Assembly (NCBI GenBank): GCA_045636665.1 | Contig: JAZTXY010000130.1 | Coordinates: 1 to 58,028, forward strand | Reading direction: 5' to 3' | DNA length: 58,028 nt | Source of the DNA: Eubacteriales bacterium | Lineage (GTDB): Bacteria > Bacillota > Clostridia > Oscillospirales > CAG-382 | Part shown: one piece after another, positions 7,347 through 17,020 of the stretch | Layout of the letters: each line of letters opens with the position of its first letter | Position numbering within the stretch: the stretch's first letter is position 1 | Notes under the pieces: generated by a model | The model's input: only the letters and a program-made list of their open reading frames with translations | Databases searched by the model: none | Told to the model about the DNA's origin: nothing | Translations under genes and position numbers: made by a program

Positions 7347-7380
7347 ATACTTCGCAACGCTCACAAACGTCGCGAGGCAT

Positions 7381-7409
7381 ATTATATCACGAAAAAATTT
7401 CTTTTGCAA
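7381..7409 (-). promoter_or_regulatory. SigmaA promoter reading toward the tRNA fragments and tRNA-Ser
   Basis: Minus strand TTGCAA-17 bp-TATAAT, with TG extension. Confidence 0.75.
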
Positions 7410-7574
7410 CACTTTTTTGAAAATAGTTTAATTTTTTCTGTTTGCCCTTGTCGAAAACTGTTGACTTGGATTTTTTAATATGTTACATTAATAATAGCAA
7501 ATGTTTTTTAATATCTTATTAACAGTTCTTTCTTCCGCGCGATATACTCCTATTTTATTTTTCGGGGTGAAGAT

Positions 7575-7877
7575 ATGTCGATAAAGCTTCAGCGTGTGAT
7601 CAGATTTATACCGGGTATTAACCTGGTCTCTTTTGTCGCGTGGATAATTTTGGGAATCAAGAAAAAAATGAAGCCGATGTATTTCATCAAAACCATTGTT
7701 TTGATACTTGCGTTGATATTTTTCGCGCTAATGATTGAACGCGGGCTTGCCACTTTTTCGGCAAACGTAATTTTCAAAACCGTGCTTTTTTATTTGGGTA
7801 TCGTGCTTTACACCTATATTTTCGCCTTTATTTCGGTAAGCGAACAGGAAAAGTTAAAAAAAGAAACACAATCTTAA
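7575..7877 (+). CDS. Small 3-TM membrane protein
   Basis: GGGGTGA RBS and three hydrophobic segments. Confidence 0.7.
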   Translation: MSIKLQRVIRFIPGINLVSFVAWIILGIKKKMKPMYFIKTIVLILALIFFALMIERGLATFSANVIFKTVLFYLGIVLYTYIFAFISVSEQEKLKKETQS

Positions 7878-7912
7878 AACGAGTCATACGAATAGGAACT
7901 AAAAGCAGAAGA

Positions 7913-8644
7913 ATGCAAGAACATAAATACCAGCACCATACAATCATATTATGGAAAAAACCGTTATCATCAGATACGCAATTTACGGAAATTGTCCGAA
8001 ACACAGTTGACACTCTATCGATTTTTTATGATCTGCCCGAACAATACAGACCTAACTTTTATACAAGCAATAGAAAATCTTCAGCAAAACCATTTGTTTT
8101 GAGTTGCGACGAAATTGCTTCTTATCTGCAACGCAAAGTGTTGAAGGTGAATTATAAAGAATGTCCCGAATTAGGCGTTAGCTTGGGTTTATTTTCTTCC
8201 ATGAAAGACGATTCTGCATTTGGCTACCTTATGAGAGTCGGTGTAAAGGATACTAAATACATTAATTCCCTTATTGTTAATATCGCACTTGATTATAAAA
8301 TGTATGATGAGGAATCGGCAAGATTAATCGAAACGCTTTTTGAAAAAAGTGTTGCGGTCTTCAAACCGTTTTGGGGCGCTATTGTCAATAATTGCGCTTA
8401 TAACAGCGATGAGCATTTTATGGTTAACGGGTTACCTACAAACGTACATTGGATGAATTATTGGTCTGACGATATAATCGATAGAATTGGTTTTAGAAAA
8501 ATAAAAAAGGCAAAAAAGAAGTTCGAACAGTTTGATTTTGAAAACGGAATAATCAAATTACAAGGCTTGCCGATAAACGCGAACAACTTACACGAGCTTG
8601 AATATCAAGCCGAAATCGAAAAATTACTGTTGCCGTTGGAATGA
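7913..8644 (+). CDS. Hypothetical protein, possibly an Imm52-like immunity protein
   Basis: 243-aa AT-rich ORF. FKPFWGAIVN...PTNVHWMNYWS resembles polymorphic-toxin immunity families; the family call is tentative. Confidence 0.45.
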   Translation: MQEHKYQHHTIILWKKPLSSDTQFTEIVRNTVDTLSIFYDLPEQYRPNFYTSNRKSSAKPFVLSCDEIASYLQRKVLKVNYKECPELGVSLGLFSSMKDDSAFGYLMRVGVKDTKYINSLIVNIALDYKMYDEESARLIETLFEKSVAVFKPFWGAIVNNCAYNSDEHFMVNGLPTNVHWMNYWSDDIIDRIGFRKIKKAKKKFEQFDFENGIIKLQGLPINANNLHELEYQAEIEKLLLPLE

Positions 8645-8713
8645 ATATATAAACCGTTGCAAAGCACGATGCTTTTTGCGGCCGTTTGTTTTCCAAAACA
8701 GCTTTATATTGCA

Positions 8714-8748
8714 AAGGGCTACCGCGCCTAAATCGGTCGGTAGCCCTT
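8714..8748. terminator. Hairpin terminator between convergent genes
   Basis: AAGGGCTACCG...CGGTAGCCCTT followed by a T-run. Confidence 0.65.
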
Positions 8749-8753
8749 ATTTT

Positions 8754-11700
8754 TTATTCCTTTATCGGCAGGCGGATGAAATACTCGCCGTCTTGAAGCC
8801 TTAACGGGAAGGATACTTCTTCGCCGTTTATGGTGGCAATTGCCGTATCGCGCGAGGATGAAATATACAGCCTCGCCTGACCGAGCGTTATTTCGGCTTT
8901 AAACGCGATTAACGGCGAAGCGGACAGCAACGTTTGGTCTGCGCCGAATTTCAAGCCGAGTATATGCTCGAGCATAATGCGGTAAAACCACGATGCCGCG
9001 CCCGTGTACCAGCTCCAACCGCCTCTGCCCGAAAAGCTGCCCGAATAGATATCCGCGGCGATGGCATAGGGTTCGGTCTTATATCGGTGCGCAAGGTCTT
9101 TATCGGCGCAACGCGTTGCGGGGTTAGCGCATTCAAGCACCGTCAATGCCTCCTCGGTCATACCGACGGCAAGAAATCCGAGAGCTCCCCAAAGCGCTCC
9201 GTGGGTATATTGACCGCCGTTTTCACGGATGCCCGCAACGTAACCGCGGATATATCCGACACGCGCCTTGCCGTTGACAAACGGAGGCGAAAACAGCTTG
9301 AATATCTTGTTTTTGCTATCAAAAAGCTTTGAAAACGCAGTTTGCAGGGCGATTTTCACGCGGTCCTTATTCAGCCCTGCCAATGCGGCAAACGCTTGTG
9401 AAAGAATGTCGATTTCACATTCCTTACAGCCCTCGATGCCCAAAATTTTGCCGTCGTCACAAAATGCGCGCGCATATCTGTCGCCGAAGAATGCGTTTTC
9501 TTCGACCGCTCGGCGAAGCGATTTTACCGTTTCGCGGTAATGGTTTGCGGTTTCGTAATCATTACGCGATTCGGCGATGGGAATAAACCTTTCGGCAACG
9601 ATGATGAAAAGCAGGGTTGAAAAAACGCTTTCGCCCACACCCTTTTCGCCGACGAGCGAAAATGCATCGTTCCAATCGCACGAGCCCATAAGGATAAGCC
9701 CGTGCTTTCCCGTTTGCTCGGCACGCGACAATGCGCGCAGGCAATGCAAATAAACGTTTTCCTTAACGTCCGTTCGCGTTGGCAACTCATATCTTTCGTT
9801 TTTCTTGCCCAAGGGCGGCGACGAAAGATAGCGCACGCCGATGTCGAGCATTGCATAATCGTTCGTTTTTTCGATATAATCGGCAACAACAAGAGGAAGA
9901 TAAAGCAAATCGTCCGAGCATTTGCTTCTTACCCCGTTGTTCACGCGGTTTATATGCCGTGTGTGCCACCAATGCATAACATCACCCTCGAGATATTGAT
10001 GTGCACAGCAACGGAAAATGTGGGTACGCACCAAATTCGGGTTGGAATATATCAACGTCAAGCAGTCCTGAAGCTGGTCGCGGAAGCCGTAAGCTCCGCC
10101 GCTTTGGTAAAACGAGCCGCGCGCGTACATTCGGCAAGCCGCAACCTGATAGGGCAAAAAGAAGTTCATCAACGCGTCGGTCGCCGCACTGCGCGTTGAT
10201 ATTTTTATTTTGGGAATCAACGATTCGGCAAACGATATTGCGCTTTGAAGCGAGTTTTCGAAGAATTTTCGGTTGATTACCGAAATTATCTTCTTCGCGC
10301 CCGATTCGCTTGTCGCGGCGCCAATGAAGAATATTGCATCGCTCGAATTGCAGGAAACGGTTTTTTCTTCAATTTTCAAATCTCCTCCGCAAGCGCCCGC
10401 AAAGCCGATGCCCTCGGGGAAGGTCATTCCGAAGGTGTTGCGAAAGAGCATTGCCGAATTGCTTCCCGACGAAAAACGCATAAACGATATATTCCTTGCC
10501 TGCCCAACCGAATCGCCCATTACCGGCTCGATAACGAACTGCGTTTCGGCTAAAACCCCTTTCGGGTATTGCGCGCGGATGAGCTTTATCGGGTATTTCG
10601 GGTCGACGCAAACGGTAAGGGTGTAATTTATGCCCTCTGCCTCGCCGAAATAAACCGCCTTCCCTTTTTCGTAAACGACCCTTGAGGATATTGCGCAGAG
10701 GTCGTATTTTTTGCCGTTGGACAGCATAAAAATCCTTTCGCCGTTATCAAGCGAACGCGGATCGCCGTAAAACGAGCAAATTCTGCGCTCGCGCGCATTG
10801 TCGTAAAAGGTATATCCGAGCGACGATTGAGTCACGACGGTCGAAAAGCGTTTTCCCGTCAGCACAAAGGAATAGGGCGCGTTCGGCATAACGCTTTTAT
10901 CGACGGTATAAGAATCGTTTGCGAAAAAGCCGTTGCCCGATGCTATTGCGTTTTCGGGAGGGGTGAGCGAAGCTGTATTTTGCGGCGCCGTTACCGCTTC
11001 AAAATGCTCTTTACTGGGTACGAGCTCGGTTTTCGGTGACGGACGGGATAAATCGTAATAAAAGCTTGCGTGAGCTTTAAGTGCGTTTATTAAATCGGCG
11101 CTCAAGCTTTCGCTTCGCAATATGAAAATACCGCCGTTTTTGCCGATATACTGCATAGCCCCTGCCCTTTCACAGGATTCGCGAATCGCCCCTTCGACGG
11201 GACGGTTATACCCGTCGGATTCGGAAACGATAAAAATCAGCTCGCACTTTATCATTGCGCGTGCAAGCGACAAAAAGGCATCGAGAATCGATTCGGTGCG
11301 GTTTTTTGCGATTTCGGAAATACAAACGACCGCCATCGGATGGTCACCCGAAATGCTCTTTGCCCAAAGGTCGGATATTCCGCATTCGCCGAACGATTCG
11401 GTTATGCTCTCTCCCTTTTTGTAAAGCAGAGCCGTTAAAAGCTTGGTTTGCAATTCGCTTTGCGGCTTTAATTGCGCGAATGTTCTGTCTGCACGAGCAA
11501 GACCGATATTGCGCTCGCATTCGCGCTTGGTTTGACCGCAGGTAATAAGAAAGGTCGTTTTTCCGCCGTCGGCATCGGTGCACCGCGCAAGACAAAGCGG
11601 ATCGATACAAGCGCCGACCTTGTTATCCGTTGGGATATTGGCATAATCGAGAGGTGACGAAACCGAGGAGGCGCTTAACGATTCACGGCTTGTGAGAAAG

Positions 11701-14700
11701 GAAAACGAATCCTTTTTGTCGCTCGGCGCAACTGCAAGAGTGAAGATATGCTGTCCGTCAAGTCCGCTTCGGCGGTGGAAATAAAGAATACGCTTTTGCG
11801 CATCGTATTCGCTTTCGATAAAAAGACGGGAAAACGAAACGTGCGACAAAAACCTTTTGCTTGTTTCGAGCACCGGCTCGAAGGAAAGCGTTACGTCATA
11901 GCGCTTCAGCGCCTCGGCGCGAGTGCTTATTATAAGACAGTTGCAATTTTTTGACATCGCATATTGCACTCTGCCCGAAAAATCTCTGCCCGATGCGATA
12001 TTGGAAAGCGAATCACCTTTTATTTCAAAGCCGTTTCCCTCTTTTCCGTAAAGCGGCGCACACCCAAACGCTTCGCCCAAGCGCGAAAAGGTCACGCCCA
12101 AGGAAAAACGCAGAGAGCCTTGGTCGAAAACGGTGTTGGTTATCGCACGTTCACCGCAGTTTATTGCAACGTGTCCGCTTGAGGTGACGATTGCCGACAT
12201 ATCGCCCTTTGACATCAAGACCGAAATCGGGCTTTGCAGATTTGGAACGGTCGACGAGCTTTTTATTGCCGAAATCGGGCGCTTCGATTCGTTTTCACGT
12301 CGGGCGCCGTCTTCAAAAATATGGGCATCGGTCGGTATCTTTTCCTGAAGCAGCTCGCAGGCGGATGACATTTTTATATCCGACATAAATCGGCGAACGA
12401 AGATATTGTCCTTGACCGCGTTCATTATTGCGATAATACTCATTCCGACGTGATGCGCCATATAGCTTTTAACGCAAACGCCGTTTGTGTCGATATTGAG
12501 GTCGAGCGCCTCGTAAAGCCCGTATTTGCCGTACATTCCGCGGTTTTCAAGCTCATGCAGATTCTTTAACGCGACCGACGAGCAGATGCAAAGCGAAAGA
12601 TAGGTCGAATAGGGCGAAATTGTTTTTTCGTTGCTTCCGATTCGGCGAAGCGCAAGCGTTTGCAAGCCGTTTGCCTTGTATTGATAACGCATTTCGCTGT
12701 CGAACGAATAAAAGCCGCTTTCGCTTACTCCCCAAATTTTGTTTTCTCCGCGCTGTACCGCAAGAGCAAAGGCGATCGATTCATACATAAACGAATCGCG
12801 GTATAACGGCAAAAACAGTTGGGGCATAAAATATTCAAATGCCGTACCCGACCAGCTCATCATACCGATATAGCCCGACTTGTGCGTTAGAGTGCGCCCG
12901 AGCGATTGCCAATGCTTTTTCGGCACGAACGCGCTTGCGACGGTGTAATAGGCGGTCATTCTCGCTTCGCTCATAAGCATATCGTAAAAGCTTGTGTCCC
13001 TTTGTCCGTCACCCCTTATGCCGATGCAAAACAGTGCGCGGCGATTATCGTAAAAAACGGTCAAATCGGTTTCGTTGATTAATTTTTCGACACGCGCAAT
13101 TATCGAATTTACCCTCTCGCATTCCCGTGAATATTCACGCAAGCCCTCCTTGAGCGCAACGAGCATAACTACAAAATTACCGCTGTCGACCGAGGAGGTA
13201 TAGCGGTCGCCGATAACCGACAAATCGGTCAAGGAATACCAATTGTAAAGATTTCCCTTGAATTTTTCCAATTTTTCAATAGAATCGAGCGAGCCCTCGA
13301 GTCGGTCGCAAAGCTCCTTTGCGGCGATGATTTCCAAATCGCGCGCCGCAAGAAGCGAAACGAGATAAAAGCCGATATTTGTCGGTGACGTTCGCAAGGC
13401 GATATCGCTTACCGGCGAAAGCTGGACGTTATCGGGCGGAAGATGGTTTGTGCGCTCAGTCACGTTATCGTAATAAAAGCCGAACATATCCTTTGCGTGG
13501 GATATAAGAGTCTCCTTTTGTTGCTTTGTAAAATTCGGCATCGCCATATTTCCGCCTCCGATATTGCGCGAAAGTATTACCGAAGCAAGCGGATAGACGA
13601 AATAGCAAAGCCCCAAAAGCTTTATAAACGGAGGACGCGCAAAAATCAAAAGCAACACCCCGAATATTACCGAGGTGATACCGTCAAGCACGTATTTTCC
13701 GAGCGTTGACGAAAGGCGTTCGGTTTGCGCGGCGGTCGTCCATTCAAGCGTTTTTTTGCGGGTGCAAAGCCGTATTGCCGCCAAAACGAGTGAATCGAGC
13801 GTTAATGTTGCCCGACGGCAGGACGAGGATATTTCGAAAAATACACGAAACGCGTTTTGGGTAAGGTTTGAGCAGGCTTTCGAGAAGAATCTTATGCAGG
13901 CAAAGGGCGCGCCCGAAAAGAAAAACGCAACGCAGTTGACCGCAAGCGGAAGTAAAAATTCGGAATAGGCGAACAAAAGCACAAAAAGTCCGTTTGTGCT
14001 CCTTGAAAAGCAATAAGCAAGCACCGCCGCGAAGCTGAAAAGCGGCGAAAGATGGCGCAATGCGACCGCAAGCAAGCCGAATTTCGACAGAGTATCAAAC
14101 CTTTTCCCCATTAAAAAGACGAGATTTTGGAAATCGCCGCGCATCCAACGGTGGTGCCGTCTGAAATAGGAAACCGGATTTGCGGGTGTGGAATCGGTTA
14201 AGGTTATGTCGGTGGCGGCGAGGGTTCGCATAATATTCCCCTCAAGCACGTCGTGGCTCAAAATAAGCCCCTCGGGGAATTTACCGCATATCAACGAATT
14301 GAAAAGGGCAACGTCGATAAGCCCCTTTCCGCAAAACGTACCGACACCGAAAAGCGACTGTCTGCGCGAAAACGAAGCGCCCGAATAGATATCCGCACCG
14401 CCCGAGCCCGAAATAAGACGGGAAAATGCGGTTTTATAGGCGCTTTTAAGCTCGGTGCGAACGCTTGGCTGAATAATTCCGTAGCCCGAAATCACCCTGC
14501 CGTTAACAAGACGGGGGCGGTTTACGGGGTGAAGCGCAACCGACAGAAGCTCTTTAACGCTTCCGACCGAAAGATTTGTGTCGGAATCGAGCGTTATCAT
14601 ATATTTTATATCGCGTATGAAATCACCGCCGCGGTATTCGCGCTTGCCGCCCTCGACGATATGCGAAACGAGCTCGCAAACAGCGCCGCGCTTTCTTTCC

Positions 14701-15815
14701 CAGCCGCCATAGCTCGATTCGCTTTTGTTCAAAACACGCTCACGGAAGAAAATGCAAAAGCGGTTGCCGTAAAGACGGTTAAGCTCATCGATTTTACGAT
14801 GCGCCTCCTCGACGATTTCGTTATCGCGCGGCATATAGGGTGTTTTCGCATCGGGCAGGTCGGCAAGCAGACAGAAAAAAACGTTCTCGTCGGGGTTCAT
14901 ATAACGAAAGCGCACCAACGAATCAAAAACTCGGTCATCGCTTTTTTCGCCCGTAAGGAGCGCCGCGACGGTGACGAGCGTTTTTGCGTTGTCGGGGACC
15001 GAATCCAATTCAACTCTGAGCGCAGAAGCGATTGGCATAACGCGTGAAACGGTTATATCCGCAATCGCGCCCGAGGTGATGCCGAAGGGAATCAAGAGCA
15101 AAAGGGATATCCAGCCGATAAGCTCTGCCGACAGCGCAAAGAGCGCCGAAAATATGACAGCGGCAACGGTAAACCAAAGAAAAAGGTATTTTTTGTCGGG
15201 GGCAAATGGCAAATTCCCAAGCAGACAGCCCCTTTTACTTGCTTCCCCGATTAGGCTTAACGCGGTTTGCAATTCGCTTTCGCTTCGTTTTCTCGCAATG
15301 ATTGCTATTTCCTTGCGGTAACGGTTTTTGGTTTCGGGAGTGAATTTTTCGTAACCCGATTCGAAATCCGAAACCGCTTTTTCGGGCGCCCATACCTGCG
15401 GAATAATATCGCCGTATTCGGGCTCTGTGACGGCGCGCAGGGTTTTTATTGCGTTGGGTATCATATCAGCCCACTGCTTTGATTCGAGCGATTCGCCGAT
15501 TTTGATTATCGCGCAGGCGCAAACAAGGTCGGTTACCGAAGCAAGCTCGAAATATCCAAAGGCAATCCCGCTTTCTTTAATGCGCGAGACGATGCTTTTT
15601 GGTGTGGGAGCGAAATCGAGGTCCTCGCAGCAGGAAAAAAGCAAATCGAACAGTTTTTTGTATGAAAGCGAGCGTTTGCGTTTTTTCAAGGCGCGGTACT
15701 GTCGGTCTATAAGATAAAAATTATCGTATATCCAATCGGAAACGTTTGGATCGTCAAGCCGTTTTTTTACGGAACGGTATCCCTTTTTTAGTCGCTTGAT
15801 TATGCCGTTTTGCAT
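8754..15815 (-). CDS. ndvB: Cyclic beta-1,2-glucan synthase-like protein (GT84 + glucoamylase-like middle domain + GH94)
   Basis: GWERKRG, LDSDT, SHDVLEG, RRHHRWMRGD; RTSPTNIG, SWSGTAFEYFMP, YMAHHVGM; YQSGGAYGFRDQLQD, DWNDA, RENGGQYTHG, GWSWYTGAASW. Confidence 0.9.
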   Translation of the reverse strand: MQNGIIKRLKKGYRSVKKRLDDPNVSDWIYDNFYLIDRQYRALKKRKRSLSYKKLFDLLFSCCEDLDFAPTPKSIVSRIKESGIAFGYFELASVTDLVCACAIIKIGESLESKQWADMIPNAIKTLRAVTEPEYGDIIPQVWAPEKAVSDFESGYEKFTPETKNRYRKEIAIIARKRSESELQTALSLIGEASKRGCLLGNLPFAPDKKYLFLWFTVAAVIFSALFALSAELIGWISLLLLIPFGITSGAIADITVSRVMPIASALRVELDSVPDNAKTLVTVAALLTGEKSDDRVFDSLVRFRYMNPDENVFFCLLADLPDAKTPYMPRDNEIVEEAHRKIDELNRLYGNRFCIFFRERVLNKSESSYGGWERKRGAVCELVSHIVEGGKREYRGGDFIRDIKYMITLDSDTNLSVGSVKELLSVALHPVNRPRLVNGRVISGYGIIQPSVRTELKSAYKTAFSRLISGSGGADIYSGASFSRRQSLFGVGTFCGKGLIDVALFNSLICGKFPEGLILSHDVLEGNIMRTLAATDITLTDSTPANPVSYFRRHHRWMRGDFQNLVFLMGKRFDTLSKFGLLAVALRHLSPLFSFAAVLAYCFSRSTNGLFVLLFAYSEFLLPLAVNCVAFFFSGAPFACIRFFSKACSNLTQNAFRVFFEISSSCRRATLTLDSLVLAAIRLCTRKKTLEWTTAAQTERLSSTLGKYVLDGITSVIFGVLLLIFARPPFIKLLGLCYFVYPLASVILSRNIGGGNMAMPNFTKQQKETLISHAKDMFGFYYDNVTERTNHLPPDNVQLSPVSDIALRTSPTNIGFYLVSLLAARDLEIIAAKELCDRLEGSLDSIEKLEKFKGNLYNWYSLTDLSVIGDRYTSSVDSGNFVVMLVALKEGLREYSRECERVNSIIARVEKLINETDLTVFYDNRRALFCIGIRGDGQRDTSFYDMLMSEARMTAYYTVASAFVPKKHWQSLGRTLTHKSGYIGMMSWSGTAFEYFMPQLFLPLYRDSFMYESIAFALAVQRGENKIWGVSESGFYSFDSEMRYQYKANGLQTLALRRIGSNEKTISPYSTYLSLCICSSVALKNLHELENRGMYGKYGLYEALDLNIDTNGVCVKSYMAHHVGMSIIAIMNAVKDNIFVRRFMSDIKMSSACELLQEKIPTDAHIFEDGARRENESKRPISAIKSSSTVPNLQSPISVLMSKGDMSAIVTSSGHVAINCGERAITNTVFDQGSLRFSLGVTFSRLGEAFGCAPLYGKEGNGFEIKGDSLSNIASGRDFSGRVQYAMSKNCNCLIISTRAEALKRYDVTLSFEPVLETSKRFLSHVSFSRLFIESEYDAQKRILYFHRRSGLDGQHIFTLAVAPSDKKDSFSFLTSRESLSASSVSSPLDYANIPTDNKVGACIDPLCLARCTDADGGKTTFLITCGQTKRECERNIGLARADRTFAQLKPQSELQTKLLTALLYKKGESITESFGECGISDLWAKSISGDHPMAVVCISEIAKNRTESILDAFLSLARAMIKCELIFIVSESDGYNRPVEGAIRESCERAGAMQYIGKNGGIFILRSESLSADLINALKAHASFYYDLSRPSPKTELVPSKEHFEAVTAPQNTASLTPPENAIASGNGFFANDSYTVDKSVMPNAPYSFVLTGKRFSTVVTQSSLGYTFYDNARERRICSFYGDPRSLDNGERIFMLSNGKKYDLCAISSRVVYEKGKAVYFGEAEGINYTLTVCVDPKYPIKLIRAQYPKGVLAETQFVIEPVMGDSVGQARNISFMRFSSGSNSAMLFRNTFGMTFPEGIGFAGACGGDLKIEEKTVSCNSSDAIFFIGAATSESGAKKIISVINRKFFENSLQSAISFAESLIPKIKISTRSAATDALMNFFLPYQVAACRMYARGSFYQSGGAYGFRDQLQDCLTLIYSNPNLVRTHIFRCCAHQYLEGDVMHWWHTRHINRVNNGVRSKCSDDLLYLPLVVADYIEKTNDYAMLDIGVRYLSSPPLGKKNERYELPTRTDVKENVYLHCLRALSRAEQTGKHGLILMGSCDWNDAFSLVGEKGVGESVFSTLLFIIVAERFIPIAESRNDYETANHYRETVKSLRRAVEENAFFGDRYARAFCDDGKILGIEGCKECEIDILSQAFAALAGLNKDRVKIALQTAFSKLFDSKNKIFKLFSPPFVNGKARVGYIRGYVAGIRENGGQYTHGALWGALGFLAVGMTEEALTVLECANPATRCADKDLAHRYKTEPYAIAADIYSGSFSGRGGWSWYTGAASWFYRIMLEHILGLKFGADQTLLSASPLIAFKAEITLGQARLYISSSRDTAIATINGEEVSFPLRLQDGEYFIRLPIKE

Positions 15816-15934
15816 ATTGACCCCCGAAATTACCTGATTTTTACTGTTATTATCGGCATTTTCGGGCTTTTTATTCGGTATAAAACGAACCGATTCTCAA
15901 CAATACTAATAAAAAACGGTTTGGAGAGCTTTTT

Positions 15935-16639
15935 ATGATTTTTTGCAATAACGACGAAAATTTGGAAAACGAGGAAAGAGACGAAGACGCGCCCTTGCAG
16001 CATCCCGACGGGAACGTAACAACGAGCGCAAACGGAATTTGTATTCATTCAATGGTGATTGCAGGTCAGATTGAGGGGCATTTCGCCGCATCTCCGCAAA
16101 GCAAATCGACCAAATACGAGCAGTGTATTCCTGCTCTCGTTGCGGTTGAAGAAAACGACGAAATCGATGGGCTTTTGATTCTTTTGAATACGATAGGCGG
16201 TGATATCGAGGCGGGACTTGCCATTGCCGAATTGATTTCGGGCATGACCAAGCCGACCGTTTCGATAGTGCTTGGCGGCGGACATTCGATAGGCGTGCCC
16301 TTGGCGGTATCGGCAAAAAAATCCTTTATCGTGCCGAGCGCAACGATGACGATTCACCCCGTAAGGTTAAACGGGCTTGTTATCGGCGTACCGCAGACCT
16401 TTGCAAACCTTGCGAAAATGCAGGAGCGCATTATTGAATTCATCGTGAGAAATTCACGCGCCGACGGCAACACTGTGCGTCGGCTTATGACCGCTACCGA
16501 CGATATGACGACCGACATCGGCACAGTTATCGACGGACGCGAGGCGGTAAGTTACGGTATTATCGATAGTGTTGGCGGTCTTGGCGATGCGGTGGGCGAA
16601 TTGAAGAATATGATACGAAGCTATAAAGGTCTTAATTGA
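15935..16639 (+). CDS. tepA: TepA/ClpP-family peptidase S14-like protein
   Basis: IAGQIEGH, LNTIGGDIEAGLAIAE, GGGHSIGVPLAV, TIHPVR. Confidence 0.85.
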   Translation: MIFCNNDENLENEERDEDAPLQHPDGNVTTSANGICIHSMVIAGQIEGHFAASPQSKSTKYEQCIPALVAVEENDEIDGLLILLNTIGGDIEAGLAIAELISGMTKPTVSIVLGGGHSIGVPLAVSAKKSFIVPSATMTIHPVRLNGLVIGVPQTFANLAKMQERIIEFIVRNSRADGNTVRRLMTATDDMTTDIGTVIDGREAVSYGIIDSVGGLGDAVGELKNMIRSYKGLN

Positions 16640-16728
16640 ACTGTCCGTCTTGAATAAAAAAGAGGTTAAATGCTAACTGCTCCTTTGTGTAAAGGGAGCG
16701 GTTTTGACCGAAACGCAACGAATGAAAA

Positions 16729-16862
16729 AGGCTTCCCCTTGGTGGGAAGCTGTCATCGCGGTAAAATAGCGATGACTGATGAGGGGAACATTTTTCTGTT
16801 TTTTTAGTAACCTCCCCCTCATCCGTCACCTACGGTGACACCTTCCCCCGAGGGGGAAGGCT
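16729..16862. repeat. REP/MITE-like nested palindromic intergenic element
   Basis: GCTTCCC..GGGAAGC, GTCATCGC..GCGATGAC, GATGAGGGG..CCCCTCATC, GTCACC..GGTGAC and CCTTCCCC..GGGGAAGG in mirror arrangement. Confidence 0.75.
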
Positions 16863-16951
16863 ATTCTTGGCGAAGCATACAGTGATATGACTCAACCGCG
16901 GGCTATGATTGGAACGATAAGAAAAGCTTCTTTGTGCAAATTTTCGTATAT

Positions 16952-16989
16952 AAAAAGTGCTGCGGAATTTTAGTTCTGCGGCACTTTTT
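16952..16989. terminator. Bidirectional intrinsic terminator
   Basis: AAAAAGTGCTGCGGAA...TTCTGCGGCACTTTTT between convergent genes. Confidence 0.7.
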
Positions 16990-17020
16990 TCGTTTTTTTA
17001 TTACGTTTTAAAAATCGGCT

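Noticed and set aside
7067..7478. Short ORFs over the tRNA upstream region
   Set aside because: They run through tRNA fragments and a structured repeat; no RBS or protein-like composition.
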